The notes under the pieces were generated by a model. It ran no database searches and was not told the origin of the DNA. It worked only from the letters and a program-made list of their open reading frames with translations. Below, in pieces: positions 1 to 10,639 of a DNA stretch of 64,000 nt. The stretch comes from Polyangiales bacterium (GTDB lineage: Bacteria > Myxococcota_A > Polyangia > Polyangiales > Polyangiaceae). Position numbers and translations under genes: made by a program. Location: contig JBBRLQ010000011.1 in the NCBI GenBank assembly GCA_038231275.1, positions 64,001-128,000 on the forward strand, written 5' to 3'. How positions within the stretch are numbered: position 1 is the first letter of the stretch; every line of letters begins with the position of its first letter.

Positions 1-195
1 CACCGCGATCGGCGAGCCCGGATCCCAGATTCCGCGCCCGAGCGCTTCGCCCTTTTCGTCGACAAGCTGCACTTCCGCGCCCACCGGTCCCGCGTCGTCG
101 GCGCCTCGCGCCAGCGCTCCTCTCCAGACCCACGGATGCCCATGACGGACGGCGTCGGCACCGGCGCGCCGCAGCACGATCTCGGGGATGCGCAC
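1..195 (-). CDS. RlmI-like class I SAM-dependent rRNA methyltransferase, N-terminal PUA part (runs off window start)
   Basis: Not in ORF track; manual translation from GTG195: VRIPEIVLRRAGADAVRHGHPWVWRGAL...DEKGEALGRGIWDPGSPIAV; GHPWV motif typical of the RlmI/YccW N-terminus. Confidence 0.75.
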   Translation of the reverse strand, partial: MRIPEIVLRRAGADAVRHGHPWVWRGALARGADDAGPVGAEVQLVDEKGEALGRGIWDPGSPIAV

Positions 196-406
196 GGACT
201 TCACTCTAACGTCACGGCCTCGTCGTCGTCGCGGCCGATCGGAGTGCGATACGGTCGGAGGTACACTCACACTCGCTGTGCCAACCTGGCGCAATCACGG
301 GAACGTTTTGGGACATTGTCGTCGTGCGGCGATTGACGCGGCATGCTTCCATACGCTCAAATCCACGAATTCCCGGCGCGCACAGCCTTTGCTTTACGGC
401 CCCGTC

Positions 407-1825
407 ATGGCGGCACCGAACGGTCTCGAGAACGTATTTGTCGATGAAGGCACTGGCATCTGGCCATCAAACGGCAAAGAAGAAGAAGTCGGAAAGATCG
501 CTTCGTCTTCCGCCGCGCCACTAGCAAAGAGCGCGGAGGAGTCCCCGGTCGAAGGGGTTCACGGCGCGCCAGACGGCAGCAGCAGCAGCACTAGAAGAGC
601 CTCGAGAGGTCCGATGAGCAAGAAGGGGAAGCGGAAGAAGGGCAATACCGGGTCGCCGCCGCCGCGATCACGGCCGTCGCTGCCCGACGTGGGTGGTGCG
701 CCGAGCGCGCCGTCCTCCCGCGCCGCGGTCGCGGCGCCGAGCAGCTCCGTCTCGGTGTCGACTTCCGCATCGAGCTCCAGCGCGGCGACGCCGACGACGC
801 GCGCGCCAAGTCACACCGACGTGCTCGTGGGCACGACGTCGGAGTCCTCCGCCGCCGAAGCGCTCGCCGCGGCTCCCGCCCCCTCGGACGTCCCGCCGCG
901 TGACGACCATCAAGAGGAGTCGGGCCCGCGCATCGTCGCGTTCGCGTCGGAGAAGACGGACAAGATCGAGAAGATCGAAAAAGCGGGGAAGCCCGCGAAG
1001 GCGGAGGCGAAACCGCAGAAGGCCGAACCGAAACCCGAAAAGGCCGAGAAGTCCGCAAAGACGGACAAAGCCGAGAAGAAGCCGGCGTCCGCCGTGGAGC
1101 TCGATCACGAGAGCTTCTTCGAAGCCGGAGAGAAGGCCGACAAGGAGCACCGTGCCGTCGCGCGTGGCGTGATCCCCGTCGATCCGCACCACGAGGAAGA
1201 CCTCGCGCTCAAGCACAAGATGAGCCCCGCGGTCCGTGAGCGACGCGCGCGGTTCACGAAGTACGTGAAATGGGCGGTCGGTGCGTCGGCGATCGTCTGC
1301 CTCGCGGCGCTCGTTCGGGTCACCGTCGCGCGCGGCCAGCACGGCACCGAGAACCTCGCCGGCGGCTCGCAGGCGACGGAGATCGCACAGGCGGAGACCC
1401 TGGCGCCGCCGCCTCCCGTCCCGGAGCCGACCGTCGCCGCGACGCCGCCGACCCCCTCACCGGCGCCGACCGACACGGCGACCGCGCCCCCGACCGACAC
1501 CGCGACCCCGGCGCCGGCGGACACCGTGACCCCGGCCGCCGCTACGACCGCCGCCGCGGCCGCAGACACCCCCACCGATCCGGCCGCCGCCAAAGAAGAG
1601 AAGACCGCCGCCCGCAAGGCCCTCGAGCGCGGCGATCTGAAAGGCGCCATCGAGGCCGGCGAGCGCTCGGTCGCGTACGATCCGACCGACGGCGACGCGT
1701 GGCTCCTCCTCGGCGCCGCGTACCAGGAGAAGGGCAAAGGCGCGGACGCGAAGCGCGCCTTCACCGCGTGCCTCAAGCAAGGCAAGCGCGGCGCGGTCGG
1801 CGAGTGCGCCGCGATGCTGCGCTGA
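407..1825 (+). CDS. Single-pass membrane protein with low-complexity N-terminus, Pro/Thr/Ala linker and C-terminal TPR domain
   Basis: TM YVKWAVGASAIVCLAALVRV; C-terminal TPR (AWLLLGAAYQEKGKGADAKRAF); start uncertain (ATG407, or ATG614 with GAGAGGT). Confidence 0.7.
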   Translation: MAAPNGLENVFVDEGTGIWPSNGKEEEVGKIASSSAAPLAKSAEESPVEGVHGAPDGSSSSTRRASRGPMSKKGKRKKGNTGSPPPRSRPSLPDVGGAPSAPSSRAAVAAPSSSVSVSTSASSSSAATPTTRAPSHTDVLVGTTSESSAAEALAAAPAPSDVPPRDDHQEESGPRIVAFASEKTDKIEKIEKAGKPAKAEAKPQKAEPKPEKAEKSAKTDKAEKKPASAVELDHESFFEAGEKADKEHRAVARGVIPVDPHHEEDLALKHKMSPAVRERRARFTKYVKWAVGASAIVCLAALVRVTVARGQHGTENLAGGSQATEIAQAETLAPPPPVPEPTVAATPPTPSPAPTDTATAPPTDTATPAPADTVTPAAATTAAAAADTPTDPAAAKEEKTAARKALERGDLKGAIEAGERSVAYDPTDGDAWLLLGAAYQEKGKGADAKRAFTACLKQGKRGAVGECAAMLR

Positions 1826-1863
1826 CGCCGCGTTTTCGCGCTTTTTAAAACCTCGGCCGTGCG

Positions 1864-1892
1864 TTGACACACCTCCGCGCGAAAGCTAGACC
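1864..1892 (+). promoter_or_regulatory. sigma70-type promoter of prs, probably leaderless
   Basis: TTGACA(1864-69)-17nt-TAGACC(1887-92), 6 nt before GTG1899; no Shine-Dalgarno. Confidence 0.65.
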
Positions 1893-1898
1893 TCGCGC

Positions 1899-2843
1899 GT
1901 GTTCAAGAAGGTTTGTATCTTCTCGGGGAACGCCAACATCGCGCTCGCACAATCGATCGCGCATCACCTCGAGACGCCGCTGTCGAAGTGCAAGGTCACT
2001 CGCTTCAGCGATGGCGAATCCTTCGTCGAGGTGAACGAGAACGTGCGCGGGGTGGACGCCTTCGTCATCCAGCCGACGTGCAGCCCCGTGAACGACAACG
2101 TGATGGAGCTCCTGATCATGTGCGACGCGCTCCGTCGCGCGTCGGCGGGCTCGATCACCGCGGTCATCCCGTACTACGGCTACGCCCGCCAGGACCGCAA
2201 GGTCGCGCCGCGCACGCCCATCACGAGCAAGCTCGTCGCGGACCTCATCCAGGCGAGCGGTACCACGCGCGTCGTGTCGGTGGACTTGCACGCCGGGCAA
2301 ATCCAGGGGTTTTTCAACATCCCGTTCGATCACCTGTACGCGATGCCGGTGATGCTCGAGGACTACCTGAAGAAGAACTTCGACTCGTCCGCGGTCTTCG
2401 TCTCGCCGGACGCGGGCGGCGTCGAGCGTACGCGCGCCTACTCGAAGCGCCTGAACGCGACGATCGCGATCATCGACAAGCGCCGCGAGCGCGCGAACGT
2501 CAGCGAGGTCATGCACCTCATCGGCGAGGTCAAGGGCAAGGACTGCATCATCGTCGACGACATGATCGACACCGCGGGCACCCTCGCCGGCGCCGCGCGC
2601 GCCCTCCTCGACGAGGGCGCCAAGCGCATCGTCGCGGTCGCCACGCACGGCGTCTTCAGCGGCCCCGCCATCCAGCGCATCACCGACTCACCGCTGAGCG
2701 AGGTCGTCGTGACCGATACCATTCCGCTGAGTGATTCGGCCAAAGGGTGCAGCAAGATCAAGGTCGTCTCGATCGCGCGCCTCCTCGCCGAGGCCATCAA
2801 GCGCATTCACAGCTCGGACAGCGTCAGCAGCCTCTTCGCCTAG
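1899..2843 (+). CDS. prs: Ribose-phosphate pyrophosphokinase
   Basis: [43 protein letters not shown] motifs. Confidence 0.98.
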   Translation: MFKKVCIFSGNANIALAQSIAHHLETPLSKCKVTRFSDGESFVEVNENVRGVDAFVIQPTCSPVNDNVMELLIMCDALRRASAGSITAVIPYYGYARQDRKVAPRTPITSKLVADLIQASGTTRVVSVDLHAGQIQGFFNIPFDHLYAMPVMLEDYLKKNFDSSAVFVSPDAGGVERTRAYSKRLNATIAIIDKRRERANVSEVMHLIGEVKGKDCIIVDDMIDTAGTLAGAARALLDEGAKRIVAVATHGVFSGPAIQRITDSPLSEVVVTDTIPLSDSAKGCSKIKVVSIARLLAEAIKRIHSSDSVSSLFA

Positions 2844-2989
2844 CGGAGTCCGCGTAGAGCTTCCGCCTAGAGGGTCCTCCTCTGGAGAATCCGCTACCGT
2901 CCAAGGCAACGCTCTGCTATGCGTTCGCCCCCCGTCCTTCTTGGCGGGTGTGGCTGCAGAATCCCTAGGTTTTTTTCGAGGAACTTCAA

Positions 2990-3775
2990 ATGACCTCCGC
3001 CGCTCCGACCAGCGCTCGCAACCCGAAGAACGACTCCACGACGATGCCGGGCCTCGTCGCCGCGCCGCGCACGGCGCATGGCAAGGGAGGCTCCCGCGCG
3101 CTTCGCAAGAGCGGGCAGGTTCCGGCGGTCGCGTACGGCAAAGGCCTGCCGACCACGTCGCTCGCGGTCTCGCCGAAGGAAATCCTCAGCATCCTCAAGT
3201 CGGAGCGCGGTCAGAACAACGTCATCAAGATGAAGGTCGAAGGCGGCAAAGTGGCCGACCTGCTCGTCATGATCAAGGACTACACGTACCACCCGGTCAC
3301 GCGCGATCTCGAGCACGTCGACTTCGTGCAGGTGAGCCTCGAGAAGGAAGTCCAGGTCGAGCTCCCGCTCGTCTTCACGGGCAAGCCGGTGGGCCTCACC
3401 GAGGGCGGCGTCATTCGTCAGGTCTACCGCACCATCCCGATCCGCTGCCTCCCCGACAAGATCCCCGTCAAGGTCGAGGTCGACATCGCGCACCTCGCGC
3501 TCGGCGAGCACATCGCGACGCGTGATCTGAAGCTCCCTGCGGGCGTCGTGGTTCGTCTGCCCGAAGAGCAGACGCTCATCGCGATCGTCACGCCGGAGAA
3601 GGATCGCTCGGCCGAAGAAGCGGCGGCGGTACCGGGCGCTCCGGGCGCGGCGGTTGCGGGCGCGGCTCCGGCTGCGGGCGCGGCTCCGGCTGCGGGCGGC
3701 AAGGACGCGAAGGCGGGCGCGGCTCCGGCCGCAGGCGCGGCGGCGGCTCCGGCCAAGGACGCCAAGAAGAAGTAA
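2990..3775 (+). CDS. rplY: 50S ribosomal protein L25/Ctc
   Basis: GKGGSRALRKSGQVPAVAYG, HPV..LEHVDF, Ctc beta domain, Ala-rich tail; between prs and pth. Confidence 0.96.
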   Translation: MTSAAPTSARNPKNDSTTMPGLVAAPRTAHGKGGSRALRKSGQVPAVAYGKGLPTTSLAVSPKEILSILKSERGQNNVIKMKVEGGKVADLLVMIKDYTYHPVTRDLEHVDFVQVSLEKEVQVELPLVFTGKPVGLTEGGVIRQVYRTIPIRCLPDKIPVKVEVDIAHLALGEHIATRDLKLPAGVVVRLPEEQTLIAIVTPEKDRSAEEAAAVPGAPGAAVAGAAPAAGAAPAAGGKDAKAGAAPAAGAAAAPAKDAKKK

Positions 3776-3832
3776 CCGTCTCACGCGGCTCGCTCGACCA
3801 CGAGCGACGCCGCGTCGAGCAGGGGCTCCTCC

Positions 3833-4420
3833 ATGCTCCTCATCGTTGGGCTGGGGAATCCCGGCAAGAAGTACGAGAAGAACCGGCACAACGTCGGGTT
3901 CATGGCCGTCGACGCGCTCGCGGCGAAGCTCGGCCTGCCCGACGTTCGCGAGAAGTTCAGCGGCGTGTGGACGAAAGGCGACGACGTCGCGGTCCTCAAG
4001 CCGATGACGTACATGAACTTGTCCGGCGACAGCATCCAGCCATGCGCGGCCTTCCTCAAGGTGGCGCCGGCGGACATCGTCGTCGTGCACGACGAGCTCG
4101 ATCTGCCGTTCGGCGACGTGCGCCTCAAGGCCGGGGGCGGTCACGCCGGGCACAACGGGCTTCGCAGCACGATCGAGCGCATGGGAACGCCGGACTTCCT
4201 CCGTGTGCGCATCGGCATCGGCCGTCCTCCGCCGGGTTTTCGCGGCGACGTCGCCGACTACGTGCTGCAAGACTTCGACGCGAGCGAAAGAGCGGAGCTC
4301 CCCGACGTGATCGTGCGCGCGCTCGCGGCGATCGAGAAGGTCGTCAAAGAGGGCGCGCAGGCGGCGATGAACGTCGTGAACCAGAAGGCGCCCCCGAGGA
4401 ACTCGCCGAAGAAGGGTTGA
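3833..4420 (+). CDS. pth: Peptidyl-tRNA hydrolase
   Basis: LIVGLGNPG, RHNVGF, KPMTYMNLSG, HDELD, GGHAGHNGLRS. Confidence 0.98.
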   Translation: MLLIVGLGNPGKKYEKNRHNVGFMAVDALAAKLGLPDVREKFSGVWTKGDDVAVLKPMTYMNLSGDSIQPCAAFLKVAPADIVVVHDELDLPFGDVRLKAGGGHAGHNGLRSTIERMGTPDFLRVRIGIGRPPPGFRGDVADYVLQDFDASERAELPDVIVRALAAIEKVVKEGAQAAMNVVNQKAPPRNSPKKG

Positions 4421-4517
4421 GCGCGGACACACGAAAGGGGGGATGTGGGACGCCACCATCTCGAAATGACGGGGAAAAGGGACGGAGCGCCACGGTTCCC
4501 GTAGAATCGATCGAGGG

Positions 4518-5918
4518 ATGGTACAGCCCGAGGTCACCTCCAGCTCGCTTCAGCCTGGCGTCATGGTGGCCGGCAAGTACCGCATCGAGGCCGAGCTCGG
4601 CCGCGGCGGCATGGGGTGCGTCTACCGCGCGCACCATCGCGCGCTCGCGCAGCCCGTAGCCATCAAAGTGCTCTTCGGGCGATCGCCCGCGGACGTCGCT
4701 CGGTTTGCCCGCGAGGCACGGGCGGCGGCGCGTCTTCAGAGCGAGCACGTCGTGCGCGTCTCCGACGTCGGTGTCGCCGATGGGGTGGGCCCCTACATGG
4801 TGATGGAGCTCCTCGAGGGCTCTGATCTAGGACGGCTCGTCGATCAACAGGGGCCGCTCGCCGTTCCGTTCGCCGTCGACGCGATCCTGCAGGCCATCGA
4901 CGCGCTCGCCGAGGCGCACGGGCTCGGCATCGTCCACAGAGATCTCAAGCCGCAGAATCTGTTCCTTGCGACGCGCTCCGACGGGACCTCGATCGTCAAG
5001 GTCCTCGACTTCGGGATCTCCAAGGCGAACGCGCTCGATGACGAGACGCAGAAGCTCACCGAGACGCGCGCGCTCATCGGCTCGCCGCACTACATGTCCC
5101 CCGAGCAGCTGCGCTCCGCGCACGACGTCGACGCGCGCGCCGACATTTGGTCCTTGGGCGTCGTCCTCTACGAGCTCCTCACGACGAAGACGCCGTTCGA
5201 TGGCCGCACCGTGGGAGCCGTCTTCGCGAGCATTCTCGAGAACACGCCGAGCCCCGTGACTGCGCTGCGGCCCGACGTGCCGCCCGCCGTGCAGGCTGCG
5301 ATCACGCGGTGCCTCCAGCGCGATCCCGAGCACCGGTACCCGCACATCGGAGAGCTCGCGCTGGAGCTCGCGCCGTACGGGAGCGGTCGAGAGGCGGCGA
5401 GCGTCGAGCGAGCGTCGTCCTTCGCGACGCGCGCGGGCGCGAGACTTCCGTCCGGATCGGGGATGCGCCCCGCCGCGACCGTGACGCCGAACCCGAGCGC
5501 GTCGGCCTGGACGCCTCCGCCCGCGAACCTGCGGGTTGCGCCGTCGCCGAATCGCGCACGCGCGCCGTGGCTGGCCGCGCTCGCGCTCGGCGGGGTCGTG
5601 ATCGGCGCGGTCGTGGTCCTCGGCGCGCTGGGCGCGCTCGGGAAAGGGAAGGGGACTCGATCCGTCCCGCCGGTCGCGTCGAGCCCGACGGTCGCCGCCG
5701 CGAACGACGATCTCGCGCCGCCGGTCTCGCCGATCCTCACGGCCGATCCCCCGCCGACCGGCGCGCCGCCGCCGTTCGCTTTGTCCGCGTCGTCTGCGCC
5801 CATCGCGGTCGCGCCGCCGCTGCGCCCCAAGCCTCCGCCGCGCCCCACTCCGTCGACTCCCGCGGTATCCTCTCCGGAGCCTCCGAGCACGGAGCCGGAC
5901 CTCGACCGCCGCCGATGA
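4518..5918 (+). CDS. Hanks-type Ser/Thr protein kinase with TM helix and Pro-rich periplasmic tail
   Basis: LGRGGMGCVY, VAIK, HRDLKPQN, DFG, GSPHYMSPEQ, DIWSLG; TM WLAALALGGVVIGAVVVLG. Confidence 0.95.
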   Translation: MVQPEVTSSSLQPGVMVAGKYRIEAELGRGGMGCVYRAHHRALAQPVAIKVLFGRSPADVARFAREARAAARLQSEHVVRVSDVGVADGVGPYMVMELLEGSDLGRLVDQQGPLAVPFAVDAILQAIDALAEAHGLGIVHRDLKPQNLFLATRSDGTSIVKVLDFGISKANALDDETQKLTETRALIGSPHYMSPEQLRSAHDVDARADIWSLGVVLYELLTTKTPFDGRTVGAVFASILENTPSPVTALRPDVPPAVQAAITRCLQRDPEHRYPHIGELALELAPYGSGREAASVERASSFATRAGARLPSGSGMRPAATVTPNPSASAWTPPPANLRVAPSPNRARAPWLAALALGGVVIGAVVVLGALGALGKGKGTRSVPPVASSPTVAAANDDLAPPVSPILTADPPPTGAPPPFALSASSAPIAVAPPLRPKPPPRPTPSTPAVSSPEPPSTEPDLDRRR

Positions 5919-6877
5919 CACGCGCCAGAGTCACGCGCCTCTTCCTCCTCGCTTCACTCCTCGCGCCCGCCGCGCGGGCGGAGCCGTCCGCGCAAGACAA
6001 GGCGCAGGCCGACGCGTTCTTCCGCGAGGGCCGCGCGCTCATGAACGACGGGAAATACGGGCTGGCATGCGGAAAGCTCGCCGAGAGCCAGCGCCTCGAT
6101 CCGGCGCCCGGCACGCTCGTGAACCTCGCTCTCTGCCACGAGAAGGACGGGCAAACCGCGAGCGCGTGGGCCGAGTTCAACGAGGTCGCCGAGCGGCCCG
6201 GCGACGACAAGGCGCGCGGCCCGTTCGCGCGAACGCACGCGCAGGAGCTGGAAAAAAGGCTCTCGCGCGTGCGCGTCAGGGTCGCGGCGGTGGCTCCGGA
6301 CGAGGCCGTCGCCATCGACGGCCGCACGCAAGGCGCCGGCGCGTGGGGATCCGCGTCGCCGCTCGATCCGGGCGAGCACACGGTGGTCGTATCGGCGCCC
6401 GGCAAGAAGAGCTGGCAGACTACGGTGCGCCTCGCGCAAGGCCCGGTCGTCGTGGACGTCGAGGTCCCAGCCCTCGAAGAGCTCCCGGTAGCGCGCCCGG
6501 TGATTCCGCCGGCGCCGCGTGACGTCCCGGAGAGCGCGCCGCCCGACGGTCGCGGCCAACGCACGGTGGGCTACGTCGTCGGCGGGGCGGGCGTCGTGGC
6601 GCTCGGCGTCGGCGTGGTCTTCGGCCTCCGCACGCTCGGCAAGAAGAGCGACGCCGACGCGCTCTGCCCAAACAACAAGTGCGCCGGGGATCCGCGCGTC
6701 GCCGATCTCGACGACGCCGCGAAATCCTCCGCGCTCATCTCGACGATCGCGGTCGGCGTCGGCGCGGTCGCGATCGCCGCCGGCCTCTACCTGGTCCTCG
6801 CCGCGCCCGTCGCAGGAGTGAAATCCGCGGCCGTCGCGATCTCGCCGACCGGCGCCTCGCTGATGGGGAGGTTCTGA
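5915..6877 (+). CDS. Exported TPR + PEGA-like domain protein
   Basis: ATGA overlap with kinase stop; signal peptide; TPR (AFFREGRALM...GTLVNLALCHEK); LDPGEHTVVVSAPG PEGA-like; two Gly-rich hydrophobic segments; ends GASLMGRF. Confidence 0.85.
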   Translation: MTRARVTRLFLLASLLAPAARAEPSAQDKAQADAFFREGRALMNDGKYGLACGKLAESQRLDPAPGTLVNLALCHEKDGQTASAWAEFNEVAERPGDDKARGPFARTHAQELEKRLSRVRVRVAAVAPDEAVAIDGRTQGAGAWGSASPLDPGEHTVVVSAPGKKSWQTTVRLAQGPVVVDVEVPALEELPVARPVIPPAPRDVPESAPPDGRGQRTVGYVVGGAGVVALGVGVVFGLRTLGKKSDADALCPNNKCAGDPRVADLDDAAKSSALISTIAVGVGAVAIAAGLYLVLAAPVAGVKSAAVAISPTGASLMGRF

Positions 6878-7489
6878 GTGCGCCGCCTCCTCGTCGTCGC
6901 CGCGACGCTCATCGCGCCGCTCTCGCTCACGGCGTGCGCGCTCGTCGCCGGGTTGAAAGATCGCGACGCGCCCGACGACGCAGGCACGACCGGCGACGCG
7001 ACCGTGGAGGCCTCTGCCGACGGCGCCGGCGCGGACGCGCCAGGCAACGACGGCGCAGGCGGCGACGCAGCGGGGGGTGATGGTTCTGGAGGCGACGCCG
7101 GACGGGACGCGGCCGGCGACGCCGCGGACGGAGGCGACGCAGCCGACGGGGCATGCGTTCAAAGCGCGACCACCGTGATGTGCGGCGTCGGCGGCGCGGT
7201 CGCGTGCGACGGCGGCAACGGCGGCGGATGCTGCGTCGAGGCGGGGACGTGCGGCTCCGTCACCGACTGTTTTGGGCACCACCTCACCTGCGACGGCCCC
7301 GAGGACTGCGCCGGGCAGAGCTGCTGCCCGCTCTCGTCAGGCAGCTTGGTCGGCACGATCTGCGGCAACTGCGGCCCCGGCGGCGCGACCTTGTGCCACT
7401 GCGCGTCCGACTGCGCCTCGGACGTCTCAATTTGCTGCCCGTTCCCCGACGCGCCCGCGTACTCCCGCTGCCGCGCGACCTGCCCCTGA
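6878..7489 (+). CDS. Cys-rich putative lipoprotein
   Basis: Lipobox LTAC, DAG-rich linker, Cys-rich C-terminal domain (CDGPEDCAGQSCC). Confidence 0.8.
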   Translation: MRRLLVVAATLIAPLSLTACALVAGLKDRDAPDDAGTTGDATVEASADGAGADAPGNDGAGGDAAGGDGSGGDAGRDAAGDAADGGDAADGACVQSATTVMCGVGGAVACDGGNGGGCCVEAGTCGSVTDCFGHHLTCDGPEDCAGQSCCPLSSGSLVGTICGNCGPGGATLCHCASDCASDVSICCPFPDAPAYSRCRATCP

Positions 7490-7586
7490 CCTGCTCCCCA
7501 ACCCCGCGAAAACGCAGCGCGAAAAAAGGTAGGAGCCGGGGCGCGCCTTTGTGCTAGAAAGCGCGCCCCCGGGAATTTTTCCGGGA

Positions 7587-7640
7587 TTCCTTGCTCGTGG
7601 GCAATCGTCCCACGGGCCAACGTTCAAAAGGAAGACCATG
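7587..7640 (+). promoter_or_regulatory. S6:S18 ribosomal protein leader (autoregulatory mRNA structure)
   Basis: TTCCTT(7587-92) can pair with SD AAGGAA(7628-33) and encloses hairpin GCTCGTGGG/CCCACGGGC, directly before rpsF ATG7638; upstream TGcTAGAAA extended -10 at 7552-60. Confidence 0.65.
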
Positions 7641-8240
7641 ACCGCAGAAGTCACGAACCCCGTCTCCGTGCGTGCAGGCGCCCCGGCGCTGCCGATGCGC
7701 GGCGTCGCGCAGAAGCTCAAGACCAAAGAATACGAGACCATCTACATCCTCCGCTCGGACGTCGACGCCGACGCCGCGGAGAAGGTGCAGGGCCGCTTCG
7801 CGGAGGTCATCGCCCGCGAGGGTGGACGCCTCCTCAAGGTGGAAGCGTGGGGCCGTCGCCGCCTCGCGTACCCCGTCGCGAAGCACAAGAAGGGCGTCTA
7901 CGTGTACGTGAAGTACGTCGGCAAGGGCGGCCTCGTCGCCGAGATCGAGCGTAACCTCAAGCTGTCGGACAGCGTCCTCAAGTTCCAGACCGTCCTCACG
8001 AACGAGGAGATCGCCGACGCTGGCGCGATCACCGTCGATCCCGAGGAGATCAAGTGGAACCGCCTCGAGCTGCCCGCCGAGGAAGACGAGAAGGAGTCCC
8101 GCGAGAAGGCCCTCGGCCTCATCGACCTCGGCCCCGACGCGCCCCGCGCGCCGCGCCGTGAGGAAGACGAGTTCGCCGACGAGCCCGAAGAAGATGCGGC
8201 GCCCAAGAGCGTCACCGCGCCTGAGGAGACCGAGTCATGA
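7638..8240 (+). CDS. rpsF: 30S ribosomal protein S6 (N- and acidic C-terminal extensions)
   Basis: [19 protein letters not shown]; start set to ATG7638 after AAGGAAG. Confidence 0.96.
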   Translation: MTAEVTNPVSVRAGAPALPMRGVAQKLKTKEYETIYILRSDVDADAAEKVQGRFAEVIAREGGRLLKVEAWGRRRLAYPVAKHKKGVYVYVKYVGKGGLVAEIERNLKLSDSVLKFQTVLTNEEIADAGAITVDPEEIKWNRLELPAEEDEKESREKALGLIDLGPDAPRAPRREEDEFADEPEEDAAPKSVTAPEETES

Positions 8241-8539
8241 CGATGCGAAACCCCGCCATGATGGACGACGACAAGGACTTCGGCCGCACGCCGGACCTGA
8301 ACGCCGACGCCCCCGGCCGTCGCCGCGGTGGCAAGAAGCGCGTCTGCAAGTACTGCGCGGACAAGACCGTGCTCATCGACTACAAAGACCCGCAGGCGCT
8401 GAAGTACTTCATCAGCGAGCGCGGCAAGGTCGTCCCCCGCCGCATCAGCGGCAACTGCGCCCGCCACCAGCGCAAGGTCACGCTCGCGATCAAGCGCGCG
8501 CGCAACATCGCGCTCCTGCCCTTCACCGTTTCGGGTTGA
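8237..8539 (+). CDS. rpsR: 30S ribosomal protein S18 (Zn-binding C+ form)
   Basis: [35 protein letters not shown]. Confidence 0.98.
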   Translation: MTMRNPAMMDDDKDFGRTPDLNADAPGRRRGGKKRVCKYCADKTVLIDYKDPQALKYFISERGKVVPRRISGNCARHQRKVTLAIKRARNIALLPFTVSG

Positions 8540-8552
8540 GGAGAGACCAGTC

Positions 8553-9008
8553 ATGCCCGCCACGATTCAAGTCATCCTCCAGTCCGACGTCGCCAAGCTC
8601 GGCGAGTCGGGCGAGCTCGTGAAGGTCCGCCCTGGCTTCGCGCGCAACTTCCTCCTGCCCCGTCAGCTCGCCGTCCCGGCGACGACCGCGCAGATCAACC
8701 GCCTCAACCACGAGAAGGCCGTCGCCGTGGCGAAGGCCGAGAAGAACAAGAAGGAGATGAAGGACCTCGCTGCAAAGATCGAGGCCCTGAAAATCCAGAT
8801 CGCTCGCCCCGTCGGCGAGGACAACAAGCTCTTCGGCTCGGTCACGGCCAAAGACATCGAGAACGCGGTCAAGGCCGCCGGACTCGAGATCGATCGCAAG
8901 AAGATGCACCTCGCCGAGCCGATCAAGACGCTCGGAACCTTCGAGATCCCGGTGAAGCTCCTCACGGACGTCACCGCGGCCTTGAAGGTCGAGGTCACGA
9001 AGAAGTAG
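8553..9008 (+). CDS. rplI: 50S ribosomal protein L9
   Basis: LGESGELVKVRPGFARNFLLP, KLFGSVT, PIKTLG. Confidence 0.98.
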   Translation: MPATIQVILQSDVAKLGESGELVKVRPGFARNFLLPRQLAVPATTAQINRLNHEKAVAVAKAEKNKKEMKDLAAKIEALKIQIARPVGEDNKLFGSVTAKDIENAVKAAGLEIDRKKMHLAEPIKTLGTFEIPVKLLTDVTAALKVEVTKK

Positions 9009-9115
9009 GTGTAGAAGTACTCGTCGCGACTTCGCGTTCGTCACAAGATTGAGGCCCCGTCGGTCCACGGCACCTGCCGCGACCGATGGGGTCTCGTCAT
9101 TTGGAGGTTCTTCCT

Positions 9116-10591
<1,476 letters not shown>

Positions 10592-10639
10592 AGCGGTAGC
10601 GACCCACCCGCGGTTACTGTGCTCTAATTCCGCCGGTCG

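Noticed and set aside
1826..1898. tRNA-Gln often found upstream of prs
   Set aside because: No cloverleaf or T-loop motif; the space is taken by the promoter
2844..2989. L25 leader or riboswitch before rplY
   Set aside because: Only weak hairpins and a possible TGcTATGCG -10; no recognisable family structure
3655..3755. GCGGGCGCGGCTCCGGC repeats
   Set aside because: Encode the Ala/Gly/Pro tail of L25; not CRISPR or REP
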